Part shown: piece by piece, positions 19,987 to 30,059 of the stretch
Numbering within the stretch: position 1 is the first letter of the stretch
Layout: each line of letters begins with the position of its first letter
DNA from: Nitrospirota bacterium
Lineage (GTDB): Bacteria; Nitrospirota; UBA9217
Assembly (NCBI GenBank): GCA_963663225.1
Contig: OY760142.1
Location: 2,144,001 to 2,208,000, forward strand
DNA length: 64,000 nucleotides
Direction of reading: 5' to 3'
Position numbers and translations under genes: made by a program
Notes under the pieces: generated by a model
What the model saw: the letters and a program-made list of their open reading frames with translations, nothing else
What the model was told of the DNA's origin: nothing
Databases searched by the model: none

Positions 19987-20802
19987 TCAGGGAATAGGAC
20001 AGAATGCAGAGTTGTGATGCCGAAGCACGATGTCCTTGAGTTCCTCCTGCCGTGCCGGGGAGAGGCCAAGCATGCCGATTTCTATCACTAGTTCTTCATA
20101 TGTTCCCTGACCGCCGAGATAGCCGTTTACGCGTGTGACTGCCGTTGATTGCAGGAACTCATGCGTCGCAGGATAGATTTTTTGAAACTCTTCCAGAAAC
20201 TGGGGAAAACGTCGTAGATCGTATTTTTGGTGGTAATCCTCTGCCAGGTTGAAACCGTCATACGGGACAATCTCTGTTGCCAGCCGGGTGCGCAGCCGAC
20301 CGGCGGTTTTTGCCTTTGATTCTTCTGCGATGCGTTTTTGATTCTCGTCATGATAGAAAATAACCGATGCATATTGGCGGGACCAGGCGGGACTTGCAGG
20401 ATCGTGGTTTGTCCAGAACACATCCAGCAGCTGCTTATAGGTTATTCTCGTAGGATCATAATCGATTTCGATCGTTTCACTATGATCACCGAGGGAGTAA
20501 TAGGTCGGGTTTTCCTTGTTCCCGCCCGCGTATCCCACGCGTGTTCGAATTACACCGGGAAGACCCCCGAACCGGGAGTCGGGTCCCCAGAATCAACCCA
20601 GAGCGAACGTCGCCATTTCTAATTTCGCGGGAACAAGGGAGTCGATACGAGGCTTGTGGAGCGGATCATCGAAATATCCCGTATTTTTAGTGTTCTTATT
20701 CACGGCAGATATCTCCTGTCCCTGCGAAAAGAAGAATGTACCTCCAACACACAGCAGGAAAACCATCTCGAGGAACAATTTTTTTTTGCAGCAATTCACC
20801 AT
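19987..20802 (-). CDS. msrA: Selenocysteine-containing peptide-methionine (S)-S-oxide reductase MsrA (Sec at 20593-20595), N-terminal signal/anchor
   Basis: ORFs 20593-20802 and 19987-20538 are in frame across TGA giving ATFALG-U-FWGPDSRFG..RTRVGYAGG..AEDYHQKY (canonical GCFWG); SECIS-like hairpin follows. Confidence 0.92.
20562..20580 (-). promoter_or_regulatory. Bacterial SECIS element of msrA
   Basis: GACTCCCG-GTT-CGGGGGTC stem beginning 12 nt after UGA, G first in loop. Confidence 0.75.
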
Positions 20803-21146
20803 GATTTTTTATTATCGGTAAGCTTTCGGGCCGGTGATATTATTTCGCCTATTTTTATCATACACCTTTGGAGGGGGCCAAGACCATGCTTTTTTCGTGA
20901 GGTTGCGAGAATTAATCAAGACAAGGCAGATCGCACCTGGCAGAACAATAACAAAACGCATCTGTGAAAGGAAACAATATTAGGCTTTGATCAACAAAAA
21001 TTATTATACCTCATTGTACAAAAACACAAGCAGGAAAACAGGGCGCCGTGAACGATAATGCGGGAAAATGAACCTTGTTTTGCACAAATGTTCACAAAGA
21101 TTTTTTAGCCATGTTGACCGCATGTTCTGTACACGACGCCTTGCCG

Positions 21147-22364
21147 TTATCGCACTTCCACTCGACCCGTCATATATTCATGGATCGAACAGAAGTAATC
21201 ATAACTCCCTTTGCGGTCGAAAGTCCGGCTGAACATTTTTCCGGGAAAGAGCGAGCCGGAACCGGGCGTGCCGTCAGTGAATGCGACCGTGTGCGGACCG
21301 CCGTCATTGTTTTTCCATGTGACAGTTTCACCGGGAACAATGATGACGACCGGCGGTGCAAATGCGAAGTTTTCAATAGAAACCATTGCACCGGCTGCAC
21401 GCGGCTGCACGACGACTTTGCGCGGTTGCTGTCCGACCGCTACCGTTGTACTCGTGCCTCCGGCGATATTGACAATGGAGAGCGTATCCGATCCTTCATT
21501 TGTCACATATGCGGTTTTGCCGTCGCCGGATACCGCCAACCAGTGCGGCTGTTCGCCGACTTTGATGCTGCGAACGTATTTGTTCGTCATTGCATCAAAT
21601 AAGAACAACTCTCCCGGTCCCTGTACGATTGCCATGCCGAACATTGTATTGCGAAGATGGTTTACGTAATGCGGGGATACTCCGGTTGGTATCTCTTTGA
21701 CGATCTTGTTTGAAGCCGGATTGAGTATTTCAATTGCATTGATGCCTGCTTCGGTAAAAAAAATTGCTTTGCCGTCGTAGCCGTATTCCAGATCACGCGG
21801 TGTCTTATCAAGCGGAATAGAGCGGACAAGGGCGCGTTTTGACAGGTCGAGGACCGCCAGGGAGAAATGACCCGGTGCCTGCGAGGATACATACGCAGTT
21901 TTGCCGTCAGGGCTTACTCCGATGGTATGCGGCTTACCGACATTTACCGTGGCAATGACTGATTGTTTCGCAGTGTCGACAAAAGCGATTTTGTCTTCAC
22001 CGTTTACGGCTACCAACAGCAGCTCTTTCCCCGGTACGAGGGTGACGCCGTGCGGTGATTTCCCGACCTCAATGGTTTTCATAACACGATCAGCGGATGT
22101 GTCGATGACGCTGACGATCGAAGATCCATCGCTGCTTACATAAACCCATCGCCCGTCCGGAGTAATGGCCATGCCGTGAGGGCCGGCAGGGACCGGTATT
22201 GTTGTGACAACCGCACGTGTGGTCGTATCGATCACGCTCACTGTATTGTCCTTAAAATTACCAACATAGGCTTTTGGCCCGGCATTGACAATGCCTGAAA
22301 ACAGACAAAGCGTCAGTGCTGCAAGCACAAGCCGGAACAGCCTAGCATGTACACGCGAATACAT
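21147..22364 (-). CDS. Secreted YVTN 7-blade beta-propeller fused to C-terminal type-1 cupredoxin
   Basis: Signal peptide; seven YVTN-like repeats; GETVTWKN..PHTV..YFCSIHEYMTG (H, C, H, M copper ligands). Confidence 0.88.
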   Translation of the reverse strand: MYSRVHARLFRLVLAALTLCLFSGIVNAGPKAYVGNFKDNTVSVIDTTTRAVVTTIPVPAGPHGMAITPDGRWVYVSSDGSSIVSVIDTSADRVMKTIEVGKSPHGVTLVPGKELLLVAVNGEDKIAFVDTAKQSVIATVNVGKPHTIGVSPDGKTAYVSSQAPGHFSLAVLDLSKRALVRSIPLDKTPRDLEYGYDGKAIFFTEAGINAIEILNPASNKIVKEIPTGVSPHYVNHLRNTMFGMAIVQGPGELFLFDAMTNKYVRSIKVGEQPHWLAVSGDGKTAYVTNEGSDTLSIVNIAGGTSTTVAVGQQPRKVVVQPRAAGAMVSIENFAFAPPVVIIVPGETVTWKNNDGGPHTVAFTDGTPGSGSLFPGKMFSRTFDRKGSYDYFCSIHEYMTGRVEVR

Positions 22365-22763
22365 AATGTGCCTTCTTTCTCAAAGTGGAACGCGTTTTCC
22401 GCGTAGTAGCTACTTTGCTTTCTTTGTTGTTGATTTAATGATATCAGACGAGGCTCGGGAGTCAATAAGAGGAAAGTATGCTCCAAGTTCTATTTCGGCT
22501 TGAGCGCATTATTAGAATATTGTGTCCTGTCTGTCTTTCCAGAATGAAACGATTCTTTCATGAGTTTTTCCGGATTATTTTAGCGAATCCTGCGTGATGG
22601 CAATGTTTTATGATGAAGTACTTTCTATCAGCTTTTTTAGAAACGCTAATGGAGAATAATTGCAACTTTAGTCCCATTGACTCACAGTCTCCATGGTGCT
22701 TAAAATTAAAACAGTTTCCTATGCACCGCAAATTATGATGAGAAGAGAAAGGAGGTGGAAAGA

Positions 22764-22946
22764 GTGGCTGAAGACCAGTTTGATGCTACGCAGTATTATA
22801 TAGTCAAAAAAGGCGACACCCTCTGGAAAATTGCCGAAAACTATTATGGCGACGGTAAACTGTACAAAAAAATATTTGAAGCGAACGCCGATATTCTCAA
22901 AAACCCCGATGTGATCCAAATTGGACAAAAACTGCGGATTCCATAA
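22764..22946 (+). CDS. Stand-alone LysM domain protein (~60 aa)
   Basis: YIVKKGDTLWKIAENYYG..IFEAN..NPDVIQIGQKLRIP; GGAGGT RBS 7 nt before GTG at 22764. Confidence 0.8.
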   Translation: MAEDQFDATQYYIVKKGDTLWKIAENYYGDGKLYKKIFEANADILKNPDVIQIGQKLRIP

Positions 22947-23025
22947 AATATCGTGTAAGCATCCCCTGGCATCCGGCTGAGTTTCTCCGACGGCAAAACA
23001 AATACTTTAACGAAAGGAAAATATT

Positions 23026-23409
23026 ATGAATAAGAAAATAGTCGTTTTGATAGCTGTTCTCTGCGTATGCGCCATTATGTTATTTGCCTGCACCGCAAGC
23101 AAGGAATCTGCGGAAATGACCGCAAAATGGACGGCTTTAGACACCGGCATTCCTAAAATGCTGGAATCCCTTCAGAGCAGAGTGGACATTCTTTCCCAGT
23201 CTAAAAAACTTCCCGCGAGCATTTCAGCTGAGGCATTCACTCAGGTAAAATCCGCTCTTGCTTCCGCCAAGGACGAATGGACCAAGGCAAAAGAGACATA
23301 TAAGACCGGAAAAGTTGCTGACGCTATTAAAATGGGGACGTCGGTAAAAGAGAAGCTCGTCAAAGCCATGGAAACTCTCGGAATGACCGTGCCGGCCGGT
23401 ATGAAGTAA
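23026..23409 (+). CDS. Helical lipoprotein, hypothetical
   Basis: Lipobox LFAC; AAGGA RBS. Confidence 0.75.
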   Translation: MNKKIVVLIAVLCVCAIMLFACTASKESAEMTAKWTALDTGIPKMLESLQSRVDILSQSKKLPASISAEAFTQVKSALASAKDEWTKAKETYKTGKVADAIKMGTSVKEKLVKAMETLGMTVPAGMK

Positions 23410-23991
23410 TAAAAAATAGAATGGAAACCAAAAAAGGCGCATTTCAAGAAAAATCGTGCGTGTGCTCCTTTTACGAAGAACCTATTAATTAAGTAAAACC
23501 CCCTCCAGACGCGACCTCCACGACTGGAGGGGGAGGGCTCTGTTGCTGGGATTGCAAACAGCGGATTAGACTTTCTTTTCTATATTCACTTGCTCCTGAC
23601 TCTCGCATTGCTCCTCGGTTCCTTCTTTCTCCTTCGCAAAGACAATGAGTTTTTCCAATAGACAGCAGATCAGGACATCAGCGTTTGTACAGAAAACAGT
23701 TTCATTATTTTTTTCGAACCCATGTTATTGATTATACGCGTTCTTCCTTAAATACGAAAAAAAGCTTACGCAACAGATTGTTGCAAAGTTGCGTAAAAAT
23801 TTGACAATATGCTCATCCCTTTGGTAATCTTTAATAAAATATGCATACCCGAAAAGTTTATTGTTGTTCTCTTGCTGCGGTTATGCTAAGTGTCATGCGA
23901 ACATTGTTCAGTCATCCATGATTTAATTGTCTAGAGATGGTTAAAAACACCGATCCCTGAGACTCTGATTTCAGATGAGGTTACATCAAGA

Positions 23992-26900
23992 ATGGATACT
24001 GTACGCAAACGATACATTCTCCGCATAACCATCGGCTATGCGGTCATTGCCGCGCTGTGGATACTTCTTTCCGATCAGCTTCTGTCAATGTTCGTTGATA
24101 TTTCCTCGATTATCTGGTTGGCAACGGTAAAAGGTCTGGCATTTATTCTGGCAACCGCAGTACTCTTGTATTTTGCCTTGGATAGTGTACCGGGCAAGAA
24201 CGGCATATCACAGCCCGGTCCCGAACCCATTGACGCAATGCCGTTCGATACTTTTTCAGCTATATCGGAAACAACGGAGCACATGCCGCGCTGGATCTTT
24301 TATGCATTTGCTGTTTTATTGACTGGGGCAATGCTGTTGGTGCGTGCAGAAATAACCGTCTCGTTTGGTGATAGACCCCTCCTGATACTCTTCGTGCTAC
24401 CGATCGTCCTCAGCGCACTTCTGGGAGGAGCAGGCCCCGGTCTTGTCTCCACCGCCGTGTCGGCCCTCGGCGCGGCATATTTTATGTCTCCTTCACACAG
24501 CTTTTATATAGCAGTGGTCTATGACCGGTTCCAATGGGGAATGCTGATTGCAAATGGCGTCATCATCAGTTTTCTGAGCGAAGCAACTCGCCGCGCTTTC
24601 AGGCGGGCAAAGGCGATGAGTCGCCATCTTGAGGCTATTGTCACCGGGACTCCCGACGCCGTGTATATCAAAGATGCGACAGGGCGGTATCAGCTTTTTA
24701 ATGAAGGTGCTGCGCGGCTTGTCGGAAAACCTGCTGCCGAGATAATAGGGCGCGACGACAATGCGATTTTTTCGGGCGAGGCTGCTGCCCGATTGAAGGA
24801 ACTGGACAGATCAATTATGGAGAGCGGCAAGACACAGACCCGTGAAGAGTGTCTCACCACGATCAACAGAAAAGAAAAGGTTTTTCTGGCGACCAAAGGG
24901 CCGGTGTTTGATCATTTCGGCAATATTGCTGGTTTGTTCGGGATATCACGGGACATTACCGATTTAAAGGAGGCTGACCGGGAAAAAGAGAACGCCTTGG
25001 AATTGCTGCGCTTGTGTAATGAGTCCGCTACTATAAAGGATTTGATAGGAAACCTTGTTAAGCATTTCAAAAAGACAACAGGGTGCACTGCGGTCGGTGT
25101 GCGGCTGCGGCAGGGAGATGATTTCCCATATTATGAAACCCAGGGTTTTCCCGACGATTTTATACTGCTGGAAAACAGCCTTTGTTCATACGACGAGAAC
25201 GGCGGACTGATACGCGACAGCACGGGAGGCTCTGCGCTTGATTGCATGTGCGGCAATATTTTGCGCGGTCGTTTCGACCCTGCCAGGCCGTTCTTCAGCC
25301 AGCGCGGCAGTTTTTGGAGCAGCAACACTACGGAATTGCTGGCTTCTACGTCGGAGCAAGACCGACAGGGAAAGACAAGAAACCGCTGCAACAGCAGGGG
25401 ATATGAGTCAGTGGCATTGATACCGATACGTGCCGCCGGCGAGATCATGGGACTGCTTCAACTCAACGACCGGAGAAAAGGGCGTTTTAACACTGCGATG
25501 ATATCGACGCTTGAAGACCGCGTAAACTATGTTGGTATAACGCTCGAAAAACTGATAACGGAACAAGCCCTGTTTGACAGCGAAACCATGTACCGTTCAC
25601 TGTTTGAGAACATGCTGAACGGTTTTGCGTATTGCCGCATGCTTTTCGAAAACGAAAAAGCAGTGGATTTCATCTATCTGAGAGTCAATCACGCATTCGA
25701 AGTTCTAACCGGTCTCACGGATGTTGTCGGAAAACGGATCAGCGATGTCATTCCCGGCATTCGTGAGGCCGATCCTCAATTGCTTGAGATGTATGGCCGG
25801 GTGGCGATGACCGGAACACCGGAACGGTTCGAGTATTTCCTGAAAGCCCTGGACATGTGGCTTTGGGTATCAGTATACAGTCCGAAGCGGGAGCACTTTG
25901 TGGCGGTATTTGATGTTATTAACGATCGGAAAAAAGCTGAACAGGAAAAAGCGCTCTATCAGCGCCAGCTTGAGCTGCTTCTGGAGACAGCAGGAGACGG
26001 CATATTTGGAGTTGATCGGGCAGGGAAAATAACGTTTGCAAACCAGGCGGCGGCGATTCTGGTCAGCATACCAAAAAATGAATTGATCGGCTTGAGGAGC
26101 CATGAAATTTTCCACGCTCATCGCAGCAACGGTGCAGAATATCCCTGGCATGACTGCCCTCTCTGCAAGACCCTTGACGACGGGCTTTCCCGTTTTGGAG
26201 AAGAAACCTACTTCAAAGCGCATGGCTCGACATTTCCAATAGAATTTACCTGCACGGCGATAATCGAAGCAGGTATAACGAGCGGGGCGGTCATGATGTT
26301 CCGCGACATTACCGATCGGAAAAAAATGGAAAATGAATTGCGACAATCCCAAAAACTTGAAGGAATCGGGCAGCTTGCAAGCGGCATTGCTCACGATTTC
26401 AACAATGTTCTGAGTGCTGTTGTGGGTTTTGCCGGCATGCTTCAGATGAAGCTGGACAAGTCCGACAGCCTGCAACACTATGTCGACCAGATTATGGCTG
26501 CGGGCCAACGCGGCGCGGACCTGACACAACAGATTCTAGCATTCAGCAGGAAACAGGCGCTGAACAAGAAACCCGTTAGCCTGAATATGGTCATCAGGAA
26601 TCTCGAAAAGATGCTGCATAGGCTGGTCCGGGAGGATATCGCCATCCTATTGGACCTCTCCCAGAAAGACCTCGTGATTTTAGCTGACACAAGCCAGATA
26701 GAGCAGATATTGATCAACCTGGCGACAAACGCGCGCGATGCCATGCCGAAAGGCGGCAGGCTCATTATTGCCACGGAGCGGGTTGTTATGGACGAAAAAT
26801 ATATCGAAATGCACGGCAGCGGGAGTCCGGGAGAATATGTCCTTCTTACCGTGTCCGACACCGGCTGCGGTATGGATGCTGAAATCCGCTCACGCGTCTT

Positions 26901-27471
26901 TGAACCGTTTTTTACCATGAAGGAAGCAGGAAAGGGCACCGGACTCGGCTTGTCGGTGGTGCATGGGATCGTAAAACAGCACAACGGATTCATATCCGTT
27001 TACAGCGAACCCGGAATAGGAACCGTATTCAAGATATACCTGCCGTTGACCGCACAGGCCTCTGAGGGACTGCCGGAAAAGGATTTCGGGAATGTCAGGG
27101 GCGGGGCAGAAATGATATTGGTTGCGGAAGACGATGCGTCACTCAGGTCACTCTCGAAAACACTGCTGGAACAGCATGGCTACACTGTGATAGGTGCAGT
27201 TGACGGAGAGGATGCCGTGCGGAACTTTTTACAGCATCGGGATGAAATAAAACTGGTCATCCTTGACTGCATCATGCCCAATAAAGGCGGCGAAGAAGCA
27301 TATAATGAGATATACCGGCTGTCCCCCGGGATGAAAGTTATTTTCCTGAGCGGCTATATAGAAGATAGTTTCGATCATATCGATTTTCCGGAGAATCAGG
27401 CACTTTTTATCCAGAAGCCGATATCACCGAACGATCTGCTCAGGAACGTGCGCGTGATACTGGATGGCTAG
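23992..27471 (+). CDS. Hybrid sensor histidine kinase (TM/DUF4118-like, PAS x3, GAF, HisKA, HATPase, receiver)
   Basis: GIAHDFNN H-box, NLATNARDAM, DTGCGM, GTGLGL, receiver ILVAEDD..LVILD..FIQKP. Confidence 0.93.
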   Translation: MDTVRKRYILRITIGYAVIAALWILLSDQLLSMFVDISSIIWLATVKGLAFILATAVLLYFALDSVPGKNGISQPGPEPIDAMPFDTFSAISETTEHMPRWIFYAFAVLLTGAMLLVRAEITVSFGDRPLLILFVLPIVLSALLGGAGPGLVSTAVSALGAAYFMSPSHSFYIAVVYDRFQWGMLIANGVIISFLSEATRRAFRRAKAMSRHLEAIVTGTPDAVYIKDATGRYQLFNEGAARLVGKPAAEIIGRDDNAIFSGEAAARLKELDRSIMESGKTQTREECLTTINRKEKVFLATKGPVFDHFGNIAGLFGISRDITDLKEADREKENALELLRLCNESATIKDLIGNLVKHFKKTTGCTAVGVRLRQGDDFPYYETQGFPDDFILLENSLCSYDENGGLIRDSTGGSALDCMCGNILRGRFDPARPFFSQRGSFWSSNTTELLASTSEQDRQGKTRNRCNSRGYESVALIPIRAAGEIMGLLQLNDRRKGRFNTAMISTLEDRVNYVGITLEKLITEQALFDSETMYRSLFENMLNGFAYCRMLFENEKAVDFIYLRVNHAFEVLTGLTDVVGKRISDVIPGIREADPQLLEMYGRVAMTGTPERFEYFLKALDMWLWVSVYSPKREHFVAVFDVINDRKKAEQEKALYQRQLELLLETAGDGIFGVDRAGKITFANQAAAILVSIPKNELIGLRSHEIFHAHRSNGAEYPWHDCPLCKTLDDGLSRFGEETYFKAHGSTFPIEFTCTAIIEAGITSGAVMMFRDITDRKKMENELRQSQKLEGIGQLASGIAHDFNNVLSAVVGFAGMLQMKLDKSDSLQHYVDQIMAAGQRGADLTQQILAFSRKQALNKKPVSLNMVIRNLEKMLHRLVREDIAILLDLSQKDLVILADTSQIEQILINLATNARDAMPKGGRLIIATERVVMDEKYIEMHGSGSPGEYVLLTVSDTGCGMDAEIRSRVFEPFFTMKEAGKGTGLGLSVVHGIVKQHNGFISVYSEPGIGTVFKIYLPLTAQASEGLPEKDFGNVRGGAEMILVAEDDASLRSLSKTLLEQHGYTVIGAVDGEDAVRNFLQHRDEIKLVILDCIMPNKGGEEAYNEIYRLSPGMKVIFLSGYIEDSFDHIDFPENQALFIQKPISPNDLLRNVRVILDG

Positions 27472-27616
27472 GCAATCCCTGGAGGCGGTTTTTTTTCGGA
27501 TGCCGACATCGGCAGAAATTTGTGCTACAATGATCATACTGCTTTGGATGCAAGTACTTCCGATGCTCTGGCATCATATATGATAAAAATATAGCGAACT
27601 GCATGGAGAATTTGGC

Positions 27617-28000
27617 ATGAATTGGCTTTCGAAATATTCCGACTCCGCGTACGCCCTGCTGCGAATCATGGCGGGGTTTATGTTCTCATTTCATGGTGTG
27701 CAGAAAGTTCTAGGTATACTTTCCGAGTTCCACCCTGCTATCGGGTCGCAGCTCTGGACCGGTGGAGTCATCGAGTTGGTCTGCGGCCTGTTGATATTGC
27801 TCGGCTTTCAGACCCGCTGGGCCGCTTTTCTGGCAAGCGGGGAAATGGTCGTGGCATACCTTCAATTCCACTGGAAATTTCAAATGGGAGCCCAGTTTTT
27901 TCCGGCGATAAACAAAGGTGAACTGGCCGTACTCTATTGTTTCATATTTCTCCTGATTGCCTGCCGCGGCGGTGTCAAATGGAGCGTGGATAAGAAATAA
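27617..28000 (+). CDS. DoxX family membrane protein
   Basis: LLRIMAG..HGVQK, IELVCGLLILLGFQTRWAA, GELAVLY. Confidence 0.88.
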   Translation: MNWLSKYSDSAYALLRIMAGFMFSFHGVQKVLGILSEFHPAIGSQLWTGGVIELVCGLLILLGFQTRWAAFLASGEMVVAYLQFHWKFQMGAQFFPAINKGELAVLYCFIFLLIACRGGVKWSVDKK

Positions 28001-28259
28001 AAGATCTCACCCTGTTCATCCCACGGCCGCTGTCCGAATACTCTTCTCCAGAGTATCCAACCGGACGCGGTGCACGCACCTCTCTTTTTGTTCCGAAAGA
28101 GGACCTCCTTTATGTTGCAATACCCGGCAGTCTCAACAGTCAGGCAGAAATACGTGTTTTTGCACTCAAGCCATGAATCGTTCTAATTAGCATTTGAAAT
28201 GCCATTGAGCGATAACGGTTCTGATTCGGTTTTGAAATAATATTTCAAACCGCAGGTCG

Positions 28260-29303
28260 TCATGGCAAAGCCGCTTCCTTCGGCGTGGCATCGAGTTCCA
28301 GACGGTCCTGATCACGCAAAATAGTTATTGCTACTGTTTTACCGATGGGCCATTCGGACAAAAACCGGTGGATATGGTCCACGCTTGTTACCCTGTGCCC
28401 ATTGATGCCCACGATAAGATCGCCCTTTCGCAGCCCTGACTGCTCAGCAGGGCTGTCCGGCATTACAGAAATGACTTCCACCGAATTTTCCTGCGTCAAA
28501 TTATGAAAACGTACCATTCTGCGGCCGAGGGGCCGCTGCTGCGCACTGATTCCCAGATAGCCTCTGCGCACCCGTCCGTGTGTGAGCAGTTGTGAAACGA
28601 CCCATTTTGCCGTATCAGAGGGGATGGAAAAGCCGATACCCTGCGCTCCCATGATGATTGCAGTATTGATGCCCGCAATTCTGCCCCTAGAATCCACCAG
28701 CGGCCCGCCGGAATTGCCCGGGTTCAGCGGCGCCGTGTGCTGGATGATGTTCTCAATGAGCCGACCGTCCCGGCTGCGTAACGCCCTGCCGAGAGCGCTT
28801 ACCACTCCCGTGGAAACGGTCGATTGAAAACCGAATGGATTCCCGATAGCGATTATCAACTGGCCGACTTGCAGAGATGCTGATTCGCCCAGTGCGGCAA
28901 ACGGCAATTTGGCCGCTTCAGCCCTGATTACGGCTAGATCAGTGGCCGGATCAGTGCCGACGAGTGCCGCGGCATGGGTGGTGCCGTCGGTCAGTGAAAT
29001 TGTCAATTGCCGTGATGCATGGACCACATGGTCATTGGTAAGGATATAGCCGTCGGGAGCGATAATGACGCCTGAACCGGACCCTGTTTGCTCAGGTTCG
29101 TTGTTTTTCGGCAGACGGCCGGCGGAAATGCTCACAACCGCCGGCCCCACCGTATCCACCACGGTTATGACCGCCCGTGAATAGGCATCGAGAAGTTCTA
29201 CGTCGGATTTCCCCTGGTTTGTCACTTCGCAGGGGCCCTCTGCGTCCGGCACGGTCTGGGCATTATTGATCAGTCTGAGGGTCTTCTGCATTGTTTCATT
29301 CAT
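28260..29303 (-). CDS. HtrA-like trypsin serine protease with one PDZ domain, no signal peptide
   Basis: GSGSG, LTNDHVV, DLAVI, NPGNSGGPL; C-terminal PDZ. Confidence 0.92.
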   Translation of the reverse strand: MNETMQKTLRLINNAQTVPDAEGPCEVTNQGKSDVELLDAYSRAVITVVDTVGPAVVSISAGRLPKNNEPEQTGSGSGVIIAPDGYILTNDHVVHASRQLTISLTDGTTHAAALVGTDPATDLAVIRAEAAKLPFAALGESASLQVGQLIIAIGNPFGFQSTVSTGVVSALGRALRSRDGRLIENIIQHTAPLNPGNSGGPLVDSRGRIAGINTAIIMGAQGIGFSIPSDTAKWVVSQLLTHGRVRRGYLGISAQQRPLGRRMVRFHNLTQENSVEVISVMPDSPAEQSGLRKGDLIVGINGHRVTSVDHIHRFLSEWPIGKTVAITILRDQDRLELDATPKEAALP

Positions 29304-29322
29304 AGTGCTGTTCTCGCCTTTC

Positions 29323-29709
29323 TTATTTCATCGAATGCAATGCCAGATGGTTTCCTTCCGTGTCTTCGAAATGCGCAATGAACCCATATTGCCCGATACT
29401 TTTTTTCGGAATCACGGTGCTTCCCCCGTTGGCGTTGATTCTTCGCAGGGTCTCCTCGATGTCGTCAACACTGAAGTAGATGACGATTCCTTCGCCTGAC
29501 GGCTTGTAAATCTTCCCTTTGACGAGCATTCCGCCCGCTCCCGGAACGCCCTGTTCCATGGGGAAAAAGGCTATATTCAGTTCTTCCATATTTTCCTGGG
29601 TCAGTTTTTTATCAAACACCCTTTCGTAGAATGTTTTGGCTCTTCCCAGATCCTTTACCGGGATTTCGAACCAGTTGACAGGGTTTGTTTTTGTCATAAC
29701 GGTAGCCAT
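29323..29709 (-). CDS. VOC/glyoxalase family protein
   Basis: VNWFEIPVKDLGRAKTFYERVF..FEDTEGNHLALHS; AGGAGG RBS. Confidence 0.9.
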   Translation of the reverse strand: MATVMTKTNPVNWFEIPVKDLGRAKTFYERVFDKKLTQENMEELNIAFFPMEQGVPGAGGMLVKGKIYKPSGEGIVIYFSVDDIEETLRRINANGGSTVIPKKSIGQYGFIAHFEDTEGNHLALHSMK

Positions 29710-30059
29710 AACTGCCTCCTTTGCTTGATCATGTTCGCGGAACATCGTACACTGAATACAAAACCGGTTTCATTATGATGCGATGCCATTTCTTAGTGCA
29801 TTCAGCATCGTCCGCGTATTCTTATTATAGCACTGAGGGAAATTACACGAATAAAACGCGGAAACAGAATGCTTCTGCCTGTTCCTTGAAACCTTTGTCG
29901 TAAATTCAGGGGCAACACGATTTCAGCATAAGCGCTTGGTTGACGCCGCCCAAGTAGGGTGGTATCCTTTAAAAAAGACTATAATTATCCTTTTTTATGT
30001 CCGGTGGTTGGGTGCAGGGCACAAAAAACGAAGCAGAAGGTCTTTCGAGGAGGTGCAGC

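Noticed and set aside
19984-19989. Possible C-terminal Sec in MsrA (CPIP-TGA-TAA)
   Set aside because: Most simply a tandem stop; the downstream stem has a large loop and does not resemble the three compact SECIS hairpins.
23570-23725. Possible small minus-strand ORF in the intergenic region
   Set aside because: The longer open frame has no convincing start or RBS, and the ATG frame closes after 17 codons.
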